From: Zootoca vivipara
Taxonomy: Eukaryota
Assembly: GCF_963506605.1 (NCBI RefSeq)
Contig: NC_083281.1
Span: 434,001-498,000, forward strand
Reading direction: 5' to 3'
DNA: 64,000 nucleotides
In this document: piece by piece, positions 13,068 through 24,034 of the stretch
Numbering within the stretch: the first letter of the stretch is position 1
Layout of the letters: every line of letters begins with the position of its first letter
Made by a program: the position numbers and the translations under genes
Notes under the pieces: generated by a model
Told to the model about the DNA's origin: nothing
The model's input: the letters and a program-made list of their open reading frames with translations, nothing else
The model's database searches: none

Positions 13068-13144
13068 CTGGCCAGCCCCTTAATCCCAGAGGCTCCTCTT
13101 TCCAGACACTTTGCCCGGAGTTTCGCGATGGCACCCGTCTCCAT
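13068..13144 (-). CDS. CAPS: Calcyphosin first coding exon (acceptor boundary at 13167)
   Basis: METGAIAKLRAKCLERGASGIKGLA(R)|gtacg; the four exons total 567 nt = 188 aa + stop; position between RANBP3 and VMAC favours CAPS over CAPSL. Confidence 0.88.
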
Positions 13145-14068
13145 TTTTACCTCGGTGCTGGGAAAGTCTGCGGAGGGAAAAAGACACCCAGGGTGGATCG
13201 GGCCCTCGCCCTCTTCCCTGTCGGCCTGCTCAAATGGGTTGTAATTAATGGATTGCACCCAATGTTCAGTCATTGCGGGCCCACGGAGTCTTCTCGTATA
13301 ATCAGAGTTTGGAGGGGATCCCTTGGGGTCATCCAGACCAACCCCCTGCAATGCTCGGGAGCAAATGGTCCCCGAAACACCTTCGCTGCCATCAGCTGTG
13401 GTTAGGGTGCTGTCTAGGGGGCCAGAGTATTTTAGAATACAGGGGTGCCTTGGTTTTCAGACTTTATCTGTTCCAGAAGTCCGTCTCAAAACCAAAGCAC
13501 TCCAAAAGCAAGGCGTGCTTTAATCCGTTCCAGACTTTTAAATACAACCCCTAAAATAGCAATTGAACATGAATTTTACTATCTAACAAGACCGAGCCTC
13601 CAGGATGTTGGAAAACTCCCCGTCCGCCAGCTCCCTCCTTCCCAAACCACGTCCACCTTCCTTCATTGATCTTGGCTTCGCTCCTCTGAGATCCGTCTCG
13701 GACCACGACCCGCAATTCCATCTTGGACGGGGCTGAACCACAACTTGGTTTTGCAACCTCCACTTAAATCTCCCTCCTTGGCTCTTTGGGGAATTAAATT
13801 TAAGACTTCTTTCGGCTGAGATCTAACCGGCCAGAGCATCCCGAGACCCAGGGGAGATGGGAGGACATTGCAAAAGCCCTCTGGCCTCGTGCAGAGTGCT
13901 CTCCTGGACTTTGACTCTGCTGCCAGGATGAGGCAAAAACTTACTTCCAACTTTCAGGGTGAAGTAATAAAACCCCTTTAAATTCCATGGGACTATTGGG
14001 AACAGTTTAGAGAGAGCAGTTAAAAGGACATTATTACTGGGGTGGTTTTTTTTTGCAAAACCTCCTAC

Positions 14069-14210
14069 CTGGGTGTGTTTCGTCTTCTGCTTCCTGGAGG
14101 TGTCTGAGCTCTGCCTGGCAAACGTCCTTGCACAGAGCTGGCTGTGATCCTGAGTTTGCTGGCAGACGTCTCCATAGCAATATCCCCCGGTTGCCAGGAG
14201 GCGCCTTCGG
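14069..14210 (-). promoter_or_regulatory. CAPS: Putative CAPS non-coding exon 1/promoter with two RFX X-box-like motifs
   Basis: Minus-strand donor CCCAG|gtagga at 14069/14068; GTCTCCATAGCAAT (14168-14181) and GTTGCCAGGAGGC (14190-14202) resemble the X-box GTNNCCATGGNAAC. Confidence 0.5.
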
Positions 14211-14479
14211 GGCCGGCTTGGCAGCCCAAGGGAAGGCCTGGCAGGCAGGCACAGCAGTTGGCAGAGCAAGGGAGCCCAGCCTGCCACGTAAAAAAATAAA
14301 ATGAGAGTGTGCCACGTCGCGTTGGGAGCCCTCGAGGATCCTGGTGGCTCTTGCAGGGCCAGGGAAAATAATAATTTGTGGGGTGGCACAGAAGGGGCAA
14401 CGTGAAATTTCTAAGTGGGCACACTGAGCCCCATGCATTGCAGGGGGTTGATCTAGATCTAAATCCAACTCAATGGTGT

Positions 14480-15308
14480 AACTTTGGAAAATGTCGATCA
14501 CTTCTCCTACCTGGGCAGTTTATCTTATCTTTCCACAAGGGCCAAAACTTATGCCGAAATCCAGCATCGCCTGAGCTCTGCGAGTGCAGCTTTCTCCCGA
14601 TTGAAGTGCAGAGTGTTTGAGGACCGGGACATTCGCAGGGAAACCAAAGTGCTTGTTTACAAAGCTCTTATACTACCTTGCTATGTGCTTGTGAAACATG
14701 GACCACTTATAAACGCCATCTCCAATTCCTTGAAAGATTCCGTCAACAGGGTCTCCGGAAAATTTTACACATCACTTGGGAAGACAGGTGGACTAATATC
14801 AGTGTACTGGAAGAAGCAAAGATCACCAGTGTTGAAGCGATGATTCTTCAACATCAACTTTGCTGGACTGGTCATGTTGTGCGGATGCCTGATAATCGTC
14901 TTCCAAAGCAACTACTCTATTCCGAACTTAAAAATCGAAAGAGTAATGCTGGTGGTCAACAAAAGAGGTTTAAAGACTCTCTCCAGGCAAATCTAATAAA
15001 ATGTAGTATAAACACTGAAAACTGGGAAACACTGGCCTGCGAGTGCTCCAGTTGGAGAGCAGCCTTTACCAAAGTTGTCCTGGGCTTTGAAGACACTCGA
15101 ACTCAGGACGCTAGGGAGAAACGTGCTAAGAGGAAGGCACGCTTGGCAAATCCACACCTGGATCAGCTCCCGCCTGGAAACCAATGTCCCCACTGTGGAA
15201 GGACATGTGGATCCAGAATTGGCCTCCACAGTCACGGATTCACTTTTGAAAACTGTGTTTATGGAAGACAATCTTATTTGGCTACAAGGGATCACCAAAG
15301 AAGAAGAT
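14480..15308 (+). mobile_element. RTE-clade LINE 3' fragment with C-terminal zinc finger and (AAG)n tail
   Basis: F.YLGS, CETWTTY..H, WTGHVVRMPD.RLPKQLLYSEL, CPHCGRTC.SRIGLHSH; a second short copy lies at about 57640-57840 (-). Confidence 0.88.
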
Positions 15309-15527
15309 AGTGCCAAGATCTTCAGCTAGGTTCCTGCCAGTCAGGGGGTTGGGCTAGATGGCCCCTGGAGGTCCCTCCAGACGCTACCTAAGATTTCAGA
15401 AAGGAATTCTAATGATAGGAGTCTAGCCATGGGTAAAGAGGGGTGGGTGAGCTCCGTATTTTGGGGTTGCCTATGGTCCAAGCAACAAGGAAACGGCTTT
15501 GTAAAGATGCAGGTTATTGTTTGATAA

Positions 15528-15879
15528 AGGTAAAGGGACCCCTGACCATTAGGTCCAGTCGTGACCGACTCTGGGGTTGCGGTGCTCATCTCGCATTATT
15601 GGCCGAGGGAGCCGGCGTATAGCTTCCAGGTAATGTTGCCAGCATGACAAAGCCGCTTCTGGCAAACCAGAGCAGCACATGGAAACGCCATTTACCTTCC
15701 CGCTGTAGCGGTACCTATTTATCTACTTGCACTTTGACGTGCTTTCGAACTGCTAGGTTGGCAGGAGCTGGGATCGAGCAACGGGAGATCACCCCGTCGC
15801 GGGGATTCAGACTGCTGACCTTCTGATTGGCAAGCCCAAGAGGCTCAGTGGTTTAACCCACAGCGCCACCCACGTCCTC
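15528..15879 (-). mobile_element. Sauria-type SINE, near full length
   Basis: tRNA-like head (GTGGCGCTGTGGGTTAAA...), (ACCTTT) tail, flanking TTGATAA duplication. Confidence 0.85.
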
Positions 15880-18379
15880 TTGATAATAGTACAATAATGA
15901 TAATGATAATAACAATAATAACTTGTTATTATTCTGCCCCGCTCAATCTGGCTGGGTTTCCCCAGCCACATTGGGCAGCTTCCAACAAATACATTAAAGG
16001 AGGAGCAAACCCAGACCAGAGGTTCATTGTGAATAATACAATCATAGAATCCCTCTTCCATGCAAGATATTTGAAGATATCTCCTCCCAGTCTCTCCTCT
16101 TTCCCAGGCTAAACATGCCCAGCTCCTTCAACCGTTCCTCATCAGGCTTGGCTTCCAGACCCTCGATTTGGGGACGGCACTCGGGGACTGTGAAGCGGGT
16201 CAACTGGACCCCCCTTGCGCCGCTGGCTGGCACAGACGCCCCTAAACTGCTGGGTGCAGATAAGGGTCTCAAGAGGGGAGAGCGGATCCAGCTTTCCTAT
16301 GGTAGCATTGAGTGGCATATACTTTGCTCCGCCCACTTCCCTTTTGGCCACGCCCACTTCCCAAGTGCGGCCCCCTAAAAGCCTCCCCACGAGAGCATGC
16401 AGCCCCTGAATCGAAAACAATGCGCTTGGTAATTTTGTCTTTTCGCGACGCTTTCTCCCAGGAACAGACAGGAAGCTACCTGGGCAGGGATTTCCGAGAT
16501 CCCTTTTCCCAAAGTTGATTTTTACATTGGCTGCTTTCCGAGACCTTGAGGACTAGTGTCTTGTTTTCATTTCAGTTTTTCCTAGAGGGAAATACCCAAC
16601 ATCGCCCCTGAGCACGAGGCTGGTCGGCTAGGAATGAAGACTCGCAAAGCACACAGATCCCGAGTATACCAAAATAGGTTTATTATTTGGCTCTAACGGA
16701 AGAGGAACAGTTTTAAATAGAGGTTTCCGGTGTAACAAAATCCCCAGTTATAGGCACTTGAAAGTGAAGCCAGGCGCACAAGTTTGACCTGGGAACGTGG
16801 TAACAGTCGTGGGGCAGAAATGGGCTGATTCTGCGCTCATGGCTATAAGAACACAGTCTGCCTCTCGAACTCTTGGTTGATGAGTAAGTCAAGGAAATGG
16901 GTACAAAAAACAGAAATGGAGCCATAAAAGCACGGAAGTTGGAAGGGGATCCCAGTGGTCATCTAGCCCAACTCCCTAGGAATGGAATGGAAGCGAAAGA
17001 ATCCCTGACAGATGGCCAAGGGAAGAGAATCCACCACCATCCAAGTCAGTATTGCTAGCACGGACCGGCAGCCGAAGGCCGGGAGCCCTTGAGGTCCTTA
17101 AAAAGAAACAAAGCTAGTCCTCATTGTTCGGAACCGAAGGGCCGATTGAAGGCCCTTCTTTCCTGTTAAGACACGTCTTTGGGGGGGGGAAAGGAACGTT
17201 ATCTCCCATTAGAAGAGGGTGAATAGGAATCTAGAATGCTGCACTGATACCAGAAGCCCAGCACAAAGTTTCCAGATCTCATGGTCTCGCTGGTTCAAAC
17301 CAGGACACGTGAAATGGCCTTGCATCAAGTTGGAGGGGGTTGAGCCTGGGACGTTCTGCATGCAGGGCACGCGTCCGTCCGTCCCCACCCTCTTTTTAAA
17401 ACTAAAACCAAGCTTCTAGACCTCATGGCTCTCAATAAAGGCTGCGAGAGGAACGTAAGAAAGTAGCCTCCTCCAGTCCTTGTGGTCTTTTTTAAACAGG
17501 CGCGCTGGGCACCTTCTGCACGCCAAGCAGGTGCTCTGACCCAATAGCTGGCACTTGCTCCCTGCACTTATCTGAGGTAGAACTGGGGGGGGGGGGGGAG
17601 AGCTGCCACTGGGACTGTAACGGCCCCCCCACTCGGTCCTGGAAAATAAGGTTGCACAGCGAGATCAGGTTCCTGTATTTCTAGGTCGGAATAGCTCAGG
17701 AGACTCTTAGGGATGCGAGTTCGAGCAAAAGATCCCTTCCCTTAAAAATATTTGGTGCTGGTGGTGCAGAATCAGCATCAGGCCCCCCACTCACCCCTGC
17801 GAGGCGGTCCCTAGGGAGGCAGTCGTCCCCCCCCCCTCGTCCCCAGAACACCCCAGAATTACTGCACTCTGCCCTGTGAGCCACGGCTGCCGAGAAATAC
17901 ACAAAAGTGACCCGGTTAACCTGTGGAACTCGCTGCCACAGGAGACCCCCCCCCCGTGGAAGGAAGGGGAGAAGAGGGCTCTCTATATGGCTCCTAAGCC
18001 AGGACGGCTCTGCTCTGCCCTCCAGGGGCAGCGATGCTTCTGAATCTCCAGCATTCGCACTCAGATCCGGGCTTCCCAAATGGCCATCATCCTGTGAGAA
18101 GAGGCTGCGGGAGCAAGTGAGCCGCCGATTTGGCCTGATCCAGCAGGCTTCTCCAACCCCCCCGCTTTCCAGGAACGCTCATTCATCCGCCGACGGGAAG
18201 GGGAGAGAGAAGTCAAGTCGCTAGTCCTCAAGCAATTTGTCTTTAGGTGCAGGATGAGGCCTGAGGGCGAACCGGTGATGCCAGGAGGGTGCAAATAATT
18301 CCACAATGTCCGCCTTCAACAGGGGCCGGACCCCCCCTATCCCATTCCAGACCCCCCAAACAGTGACTCGCACCCGCGC

Positions 18380-18710
18380 TCAGACCGTCGTCCCAAAAAG
18401 AGCTTTGTCCGAATCCTGGGGGTCGTCGCCTAGGGAGAAGTCTCTGGCGCCGTCCGGGACGCAGTTCGAGTCTGGCAAGAGGCCGCTGGAGTCCGGGGAG
18501 CTGCCGCTGCTGTCGGGCCCCAGCCTCTCCCCTTCGGACATCTGGGCTAGGAGGGTGTCCAGCACGGGCCGGCAGCGGCAGATCTCGCCCAGCAGGCGGC
18601 TGCGGTGACGGAGGCGCAGGATCAGGCCCTCCTTCTCCCGGATGACGCCCAGGAGCTCCTGCACACGGTCTTCGGATGAGCGGAGTTTCTCCTCCAGGGC
18701 AGCAATTTCC
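18380..18710 (-). CDS. VMAC: VMAC exon 2 (coiled-coil, C-terminus)
   Basis: aaaag|G GAA ATT GCT...; EIAALEEKLRSSEDRVQELL...LLGEICRCRPVL...GERLGP...ALFGTTV*, with the characteristic FGTTV end. Confidence 0.92.
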
Positions 18711-19022
18711 CTTTTTTGGGTGGGGGGAGAAAGGAGGAAAAGCAGCAGTGAGGTTGGGGGGTGCAGGGGATTAAGGCGCTAGTCCTCAACGTTTCGTCTT
18801 AAAAACGCAAGCTGCCGGTCCTCTTTCTTCCCACCCCGCCTCTCTCTTAAAAAAGGGGCTGGAGAAAGGGCTGCTCACTGGCAGGAAGGCAAATGTTTCC
18901 GAAGGCGGATTCTTCCGGCAGCTTTTTTTGGGGGGGGGGGGAGGGAAAAGAAGGAACACCGCCTAGTTTTGGGGAGCCTTCAGGACGCCTTGAAAGGAGA
19001 AAAGGGAAACCGAGAGTGGCTC

Positions 19023-19528
19023 AAGGCGCTAGTTCTCAAGGTCCATTTCCCTGCCCATCCCCTTTCCTCATTCTCCGCCCAAGGCGCTAGTCCTCATGAC
19101 CTTTCAGCTTGGCTCCTTTACTCCCCAAGGCGCTAGTCCTCAAGGTGCATCTCCCTGCCATTCCTCTGGGTGCTAGTCCTCCTGGCCCTTGCCCTTGGCT
19201 CCTTTACCCCCCAAGGCGCTAGTCCTCATGGCCCTTCAGCTTTGGTCCTTCCCCCGCTAAGGTGCTAGTCCTCAAGGTCCATCTCCCTGCTCCTTCCCCA
19301 TGCCTCCTTCTCCACCGAAGGTGCTAGTCCTCGTGGCCCTTCAGCTTTTCTCCTTTACCCCCCAAGGCGCTAGTCCTCAAGGCCCTTCAACTCTGGCCTT
19401 TTACCCAAGTTTCTAGTCCTCACGGCCCTTTCCCTTGGCTGCTTGACTCCCCAAGGCGCTAGTCCTCAAGATCCATCTCCCTGCCATTCCTTTTTCCTCC
19501 TTCTCCGCTCAAGGCGCTAGTCCTCAAG
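19023..19528. repeat. Minisatellite-like array of 11 AAGGYGCTAGTCCTCA cores in the VMAC intron
   Basis: Cores near 19023, 19081, 19127, 19167, 19213, 19259, 19318, 19364, 19407, 19453, 19511. Confidence 0.9.
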
Positions 19529-19547
19529 CCCCGCCCCCTTTTCCTAC

Positions 19548-19756
19548 CTGCCCTTCTCTCGGCTCAGCTCGTCCATGGCCCTGCGGGTCTCCCCGTCCTT
19601 CCGTATGAGACTCTGGGCCTGGCCCCGCACGGTCTCCTCGGCGGCGGCCAGGCGCGCCTCCAGCTCGGCCACGCGCCCGTGCAGCGCCGCCAGGTGCGCG
19701 TTCGCCTCCCGGATCTGCACCGGCGTCGGCGGCGACGCGGGAGGAGGAGACGCCAT
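19548..19756 (-). CDS. VMAC: VMAC exon 1
   Basis: [43 protein letters not shown]...ELSREKG(R)|gtagg; the [11 protein letters not shown] motif is typical of VMAC; total 179 aa. Confidence 0.92.
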
Positions 19757-20259
19757 GACGGCCAGACGGCGCAGCCCGAGAAGATCCGCCCACCGCCAGC
19801 GCGCGGCCAATGGCATCTCGCCGGGGAGGGACGGAACCCCGCCCTCGTCCTCGGGGAGCCAGTCAGAGGCGACGCGGCTCGCGCACGCCCCGCCCATCTC
19901 CCCAGGCGCAGCCAATGGCGCTCAGCCGGGGAGGACAAGCCACGTCCTGAATATGATGCTCGAGCGCCCCGCCCACCGCCTCACGCGCAGCCAATGGCCT
20001 TCCCCTGAGGGGAGGAAGCCGAGCCTTTTGCTTGAGCATTACCCTCAATCAAAAGGGCCAATCAAAAGCATCACCCTCAATCACCCCAGGCCAATCAAAA
20101 GGGTAGAAGCGTGTTCAGCCCGCCCACACGCCGCCCTTCATTGGTCTGTTCCTGCATCAATCCCGCTTTTCCCAGCGACGATTGGTCTAGCACTCGCTGC
20201 CCCGCCCCGCCGCGAGAAGTAGACCCTCCGGAGACTCGCGAGAAAAGGCCGCCGCCAAG
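19757..20259. promoter_or_regulatory. Bidirectional CpG-island promoter of VMAC/NDUFA11
   Basis: 503 bp between divergent ATGs; CCAAT/ATTGG at 19807, 19912, 19991, 20058, 20091, 20140, 20181; GC boxes; ACTCGCGAGA near 20234; CAAGATGGC over the NDUFA11 ATG. Confidence 0.85.
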
Positions 20260-20341
20260 ATGGCAGACTACTGGGACATCCCGGAGGGCACCGATTGCGC
20301 CCGAAAGACCTGGCTTACGACGCGCCTCGGGGCCATTATCG
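20260..20341 (+). CDS. NDUFA11: NADH:ubiquinone oxidoreductase subunit A11 exon 1
   Basis: gccgccaagATG; MADYWDIPEGTDCARKTWLTTRLGAII G|gtgag; YWDIPxGTDC motif. Confidence 0.93.
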
Positions 20342-20419
20342 GTGAGGAGGCGGGGGCTCGGGCGGAGGGGGAGGCGCCTGAGTGCGGGGAGCCGCTCGCC
20401 CCTCCCTCTCGGAGCCACT

Positions 20420-20910
20420 CCGGATTGACTCCGGATTAGCTCCGTTCACACGAACCGGAGCGTGTTTTGGCCCGAGACGGAGGAGAGGCCCTTGCTCACG
20501 CTTTGCGACGCATGGGGGGGGGGAGAGAAAGAACCCCGCAAAGCGCACGTCCCCGGGGATGTGTCGATTCGGAGTGACTCCGGATTAGCCCCGTTCACGC
20601 AAATGGGAGTGGGGGGAAGGATCATGTTTTGCCCCGAGACAGACGAGAGGCTCTGTCCTCGCTGTGCAATGCATTTGGGGTAATGTGGGGAAGGACCCCC
20701 ACAGGGGACGAATCCTTGGATCAATTCGGAGTGACTCCAAAATAGCCTCGTTCACACCAACCGAAGCGCATTGGGGAGGGGGTGTCGTGGGGGGCCAAGT
20801 TTTGCCCTGAGACGGTCAAGAGGCTCTGTTCATACGGAGCAATGCATCGGGAGTGATGTGAGGAAGGACACCCCCAAGGATCAAGCCTTGGATCAAATCG
20901 GAGTGGATTC
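20420..20910. repeat. Degenerate ~150-bp tandem repeat in NDUFA11 intron 1
   Basis: GGAKTGACTCC...TAGC..CGTTCAC units at about 20422, 20571 and 20728. Confidence 0.75.
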
Positions 20911-21022
20911 TGCCACCCTGAAGGAGGCACAGTTTTGGTGCGAGATGAGAGCCCCTGCTTGCGTTTTGGCGCAGTCCTTATCCAGGGTCAATTTGAAGGG
21001 CACTTATAAACTTAAAAGTAAT

Positions 21023-22337
21023 CCATTTGGAACCCTTCCAGTCAGGATTCAGACCTCATCATGGGACTGAAACTGCCTTGGTCGCACTGGTCGATGATCT
21101 CCGGCGGGCTAGGGACAAAGGTGAGAGCTGTTTCCTTGTTCTGCTGGATCTCTCAGCGGCTTTTGACACCATCGACCATAACATCCTTCTGGACCGTCTA
21201 GAGGGGCTGGGAGCTGGGGGCACTGTCATGCAGTGGTTCCGCTCCTTCCTCCTGGGCCGTGTTCAGAAAGTGGTGGTGGGGGATGAGTGTTCAGACCCCT
21301 GGGCTTTCACTTGTGGGGTGCCTCAGGGTTCTGTCCTCTCCCCCATGCTTTTTAACATCTACATGCAGCCGCTGGGAGAGATCATCAGGGGGTTTGGGCT
21401 GGGTGTCCATCAGTATGCTGATGATACCCAGCTCTACCTCTCTTTCAAATCAGAACCAGTGAAGGTCCTGTGTGAGTGCCTGGAGGTGGTTGAAGGATGG
21501 ATGGTGTTTAATGGATTGAGGTTGAATCCTGACAAGAGAGAAGTACTGTTCGTGGGGGACAGGAGGCGGGCAGGTGTGGAGGATTCCCTGGTCCTGAATG
21601 GGGCAACTGTGCCCCTGAAGAACCAGGTGCGCAGCCTGGGAGTCATTTTGGACTCACAGCTGTCCATGGAGGCGCAGGTCAATTCTGTGTCCAGGGCAGC
21701 TGTCTATCAGCTCCATCTGGTACGCAGGATGAGACCCTACCTGCCTGCAGACTGTCTCGCCAGAGTGGTGCATGCTCTGGTTATCTCCCGCTTGGACTAC
21801 TGCAATGCTCTCTACGTGGGGCTACCTTTGAAGGTGACCTGGAAACTGCAATTAATCCAGAATGCGCCAGCTAGACTGGTGACTGGGAGCGGCCGCCGAG
21901 ACCACATAACACCGGTCCTGAAAGACCTACATTGGCTCCCAGTACATTTCCGAGCACAATTCAAAGTGTTGGTGTTGACCTTTAAAGCCCTAAACGGCCT
22001 CGATCCGGTATACCTGAAGGAGCGTCTCCACCTCCATCATTCTGCCCGGACACTGAGGTCCAGTACCGAGGGCCTTCTGGCGGTTCCCTCGTTGCGAGAA
22101 GCCAAGTTGCAGGGAACCATGCAGAGGGCCTTCTCGGTGGTGGCGCCTGCCCTTCGGAACGCCCTCCCAACAGATGTCAAAGAGGAAAACAACTACCAGA
22201 CTTTTAGAAGACATCTGAAGGCAGCCCTGTTCAGGGAGGCTTTTAATGTTTAATAGATTACTGTGTTTTATTTTTCTGTTGGAAGCCGCCCAGAGTGGCT
22301 GGGGAGACCCAGCCAGATGGGCGGGGTGTAAATAAAA

Positions 22338-22373
<36 letters not shown>
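21023..22373 (+). mobile_element. L2-type LINE, 5'-truncated, open RT domain, (ATT)n tail
   Basis: 408-aa ORF with QSGFRP..GTETAL, LDLSAAFDT, GVPQGSVLSP, QYADDTQLY motifs; 3' UTR and microsatellite tail. Confidence 0.92.
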
Positions 22374-22375
<2 letters not shown>

Positions 22376-22899
22376 CCCGGGTCAATTTAACGGGCATATG
22401 AACTTGAAAGTAATTAAATTTGATAATAGTAATGAATGAGCTGCGTTAACATGGGCTGCAGATTAGTCCTGTTTGCGGCAGTTTGGTGTAGGGCGGCTCT
22501 GGACTAGCCGCATTGTGACTCCAGATTTGTTTCGTTCACAAGGGTCCATGTGCATTGAGCTGTGCAGGCCTCCTGCCATAGGAATTAACCTGAGGTTGAC
22601 TTCAGATTAGCCCTGTTCCTGCAGGCTGAGGAGGCTGGTGACTCATCCTAAAATCTGTCAGGTCTGGGAAAGGTAGAAAATGTAACTCTAAAAATTGCAC
22701 ATACTTTTGTAAACCAAGAAATCTTTAATAAAAAAAATATGGAAGCTATACGTCGGCTCCCTCGGCCAATAATGCGAGATGAGCGCGCAACCCCAGAGTC
22801 GGTCACGACTGGACCTAATGGTCAGGGGTCCCTTTACCTTTACCTTTTTTATGTTAAAAACAATAATAATAGGCAGCAGCCAAGGAAGGTTTACCTCCT

Positions 22900-23497
22900 G
22901 GTTGTGGGTTAAACCACAGAGCCTAGGGCAGGGGTCCCCAAACTAAGGCCTGGGGGCCGGATGCGGCCCAATCGCCTTCTAAATCTGGCCCGCGGACGGT
23001 CCGGGAATCAGCATGTTTTTACATGAGTAGAATGTGTCCTTTTATTTAAAATGCATCTCTGGGTTATTTGTGGGGTGTAGGAATTCCTTCATATATTCTT
23101 TTCAAAATATAGTCCGGCCCCCCACAAGGTCTGAGGGACAGTGGACCGGCCCCCTGCTGAAAAAGTTTGCTGACCCCTGGCCTAGGGCTTGCTGATCAGA
23201 AGGTTAGCGGTTCGAATCCCTGCGATGGGGTGAGCTCCCGTTGCTCGGTCCCAGCTCCTGCCAACCTAGCAGTTCGAAAGCACGTCAAAGTGCAAGTAGA
23301 TAAATAGGTACCACTCTGGCAGGAAGGTAAATGGCGTTTCTGTGCGCTACTCTGGTTCGCCAGAAGCGGCTTTGTCATGCTGGCCACAAGACCCGGAAGC
23401 TGTACGCCGGCTCCCTCGGCCAATAACGCGAGATGAGCGCCGCAACCCCAGAGTCGTCCGCAACTGGACCTAATGGTCAGGGGTCCCTTTACCTTTA
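22900..23497 (+). mobile_element. Sauria-type SINE interrupted by a hAT MITE
   Basis: SINE head split at GCCTAGGG; B-box GGTTCGAATCC; ACCTTT tail; a partial copy lies at 22740-22845. Confidence 0.85.
22929..23179. mobile_element. hAT-type non-autonomous element, perfect 8-bp TSD GCCTAGGG
   Basis: CAGGGGT...ACCCCTG termini; TSD at 22921-22928 and 23180-23187. Confidence 0.9.
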
Positions 23498-23941
23498 CAG
23501 TCAGACTAACCCAAGAAAACAAGAGGTGGGCACAGTTCCTTGGGGTGGGGGTCTTGAAAGGAGGGCGGCTGCCACATAGAATCCTTCCCCCACCGCCCAT
23601 TTTTTAAGGGAGGACCAGGTTTTTTTTTTAAGCAGCTGAAGGTATATTATATTTCTGGCTTTTTGTTACAGAACAGGGGTCAGCAAACTTTTTCAGCAGG
23701 GGTCCGGTCCACTGTCCCTCAGACCTTGTGGGGGGCCGGATTATATATTGGGGAGGTGAAATGAACGAATTCCTATGCCCCACAAATAACCCAGAGATGC
23801 ATTTTACACAAAACAACACATTCTACTCATGTAAAAACACGCTGATTCCCAGATTGAGAAGGCGATTGGGCCTTAGCTTGCCTAGCCATGTTTTAGAAGA
23901 AGAATAAAGAATGTATTTTCCTATGCAAAATTTTCCTGCAG

Positions 23942-24034
23942 GTCTGGTGGGGTCTGCTTACCGTGTGACCCTGTTCCCGTCCGAGACGACCCTGGGGGCT
24001 TTTCAGAGGGCGACCACTGGAACCGTCCTCATGG
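23942..24034 (+). CDS. NDUFA11: NDUFA11 exon 2
   Basis: ctgcag|GT CTG GTG...ATG G|gtaag; GLVGSAYRVTLFPSETTLGAFQRATTGTVLM, 93 bp. Confidence 0.92.

Noticed and set aside
13068-13167. CAPSL instead of CAPS, or an N-terminal extension
   Set aside because: The 188-aa length and RANBP3/VMAC neighbourhood fit CAPS, and the CAPSL-type MAGTARHDREM start is not seen. A short extension from exon 1 cannot be fully excluded.
19023-19528. CRISPR array
   Set aside because: Spacers are related to each other (two classes), the core is only ~16 bp, there are no cas genes, and the context is a vertebrate intron.
21027-22253. 408-aa reverse transcriptase as a host gene or retron-like system
   Set aside because: It is a 5'-truncated L2 LINE with 3' UTR, (ATT)n tail and many sibling fragments in the window.
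23195-23235. tRNA genes suggested by GGTTCGAATCC B-boxes (also near 40450, 52025, 63095)
   Set aside because: These are SINE heads; no complete cloverleaf or acceptor stem is present.
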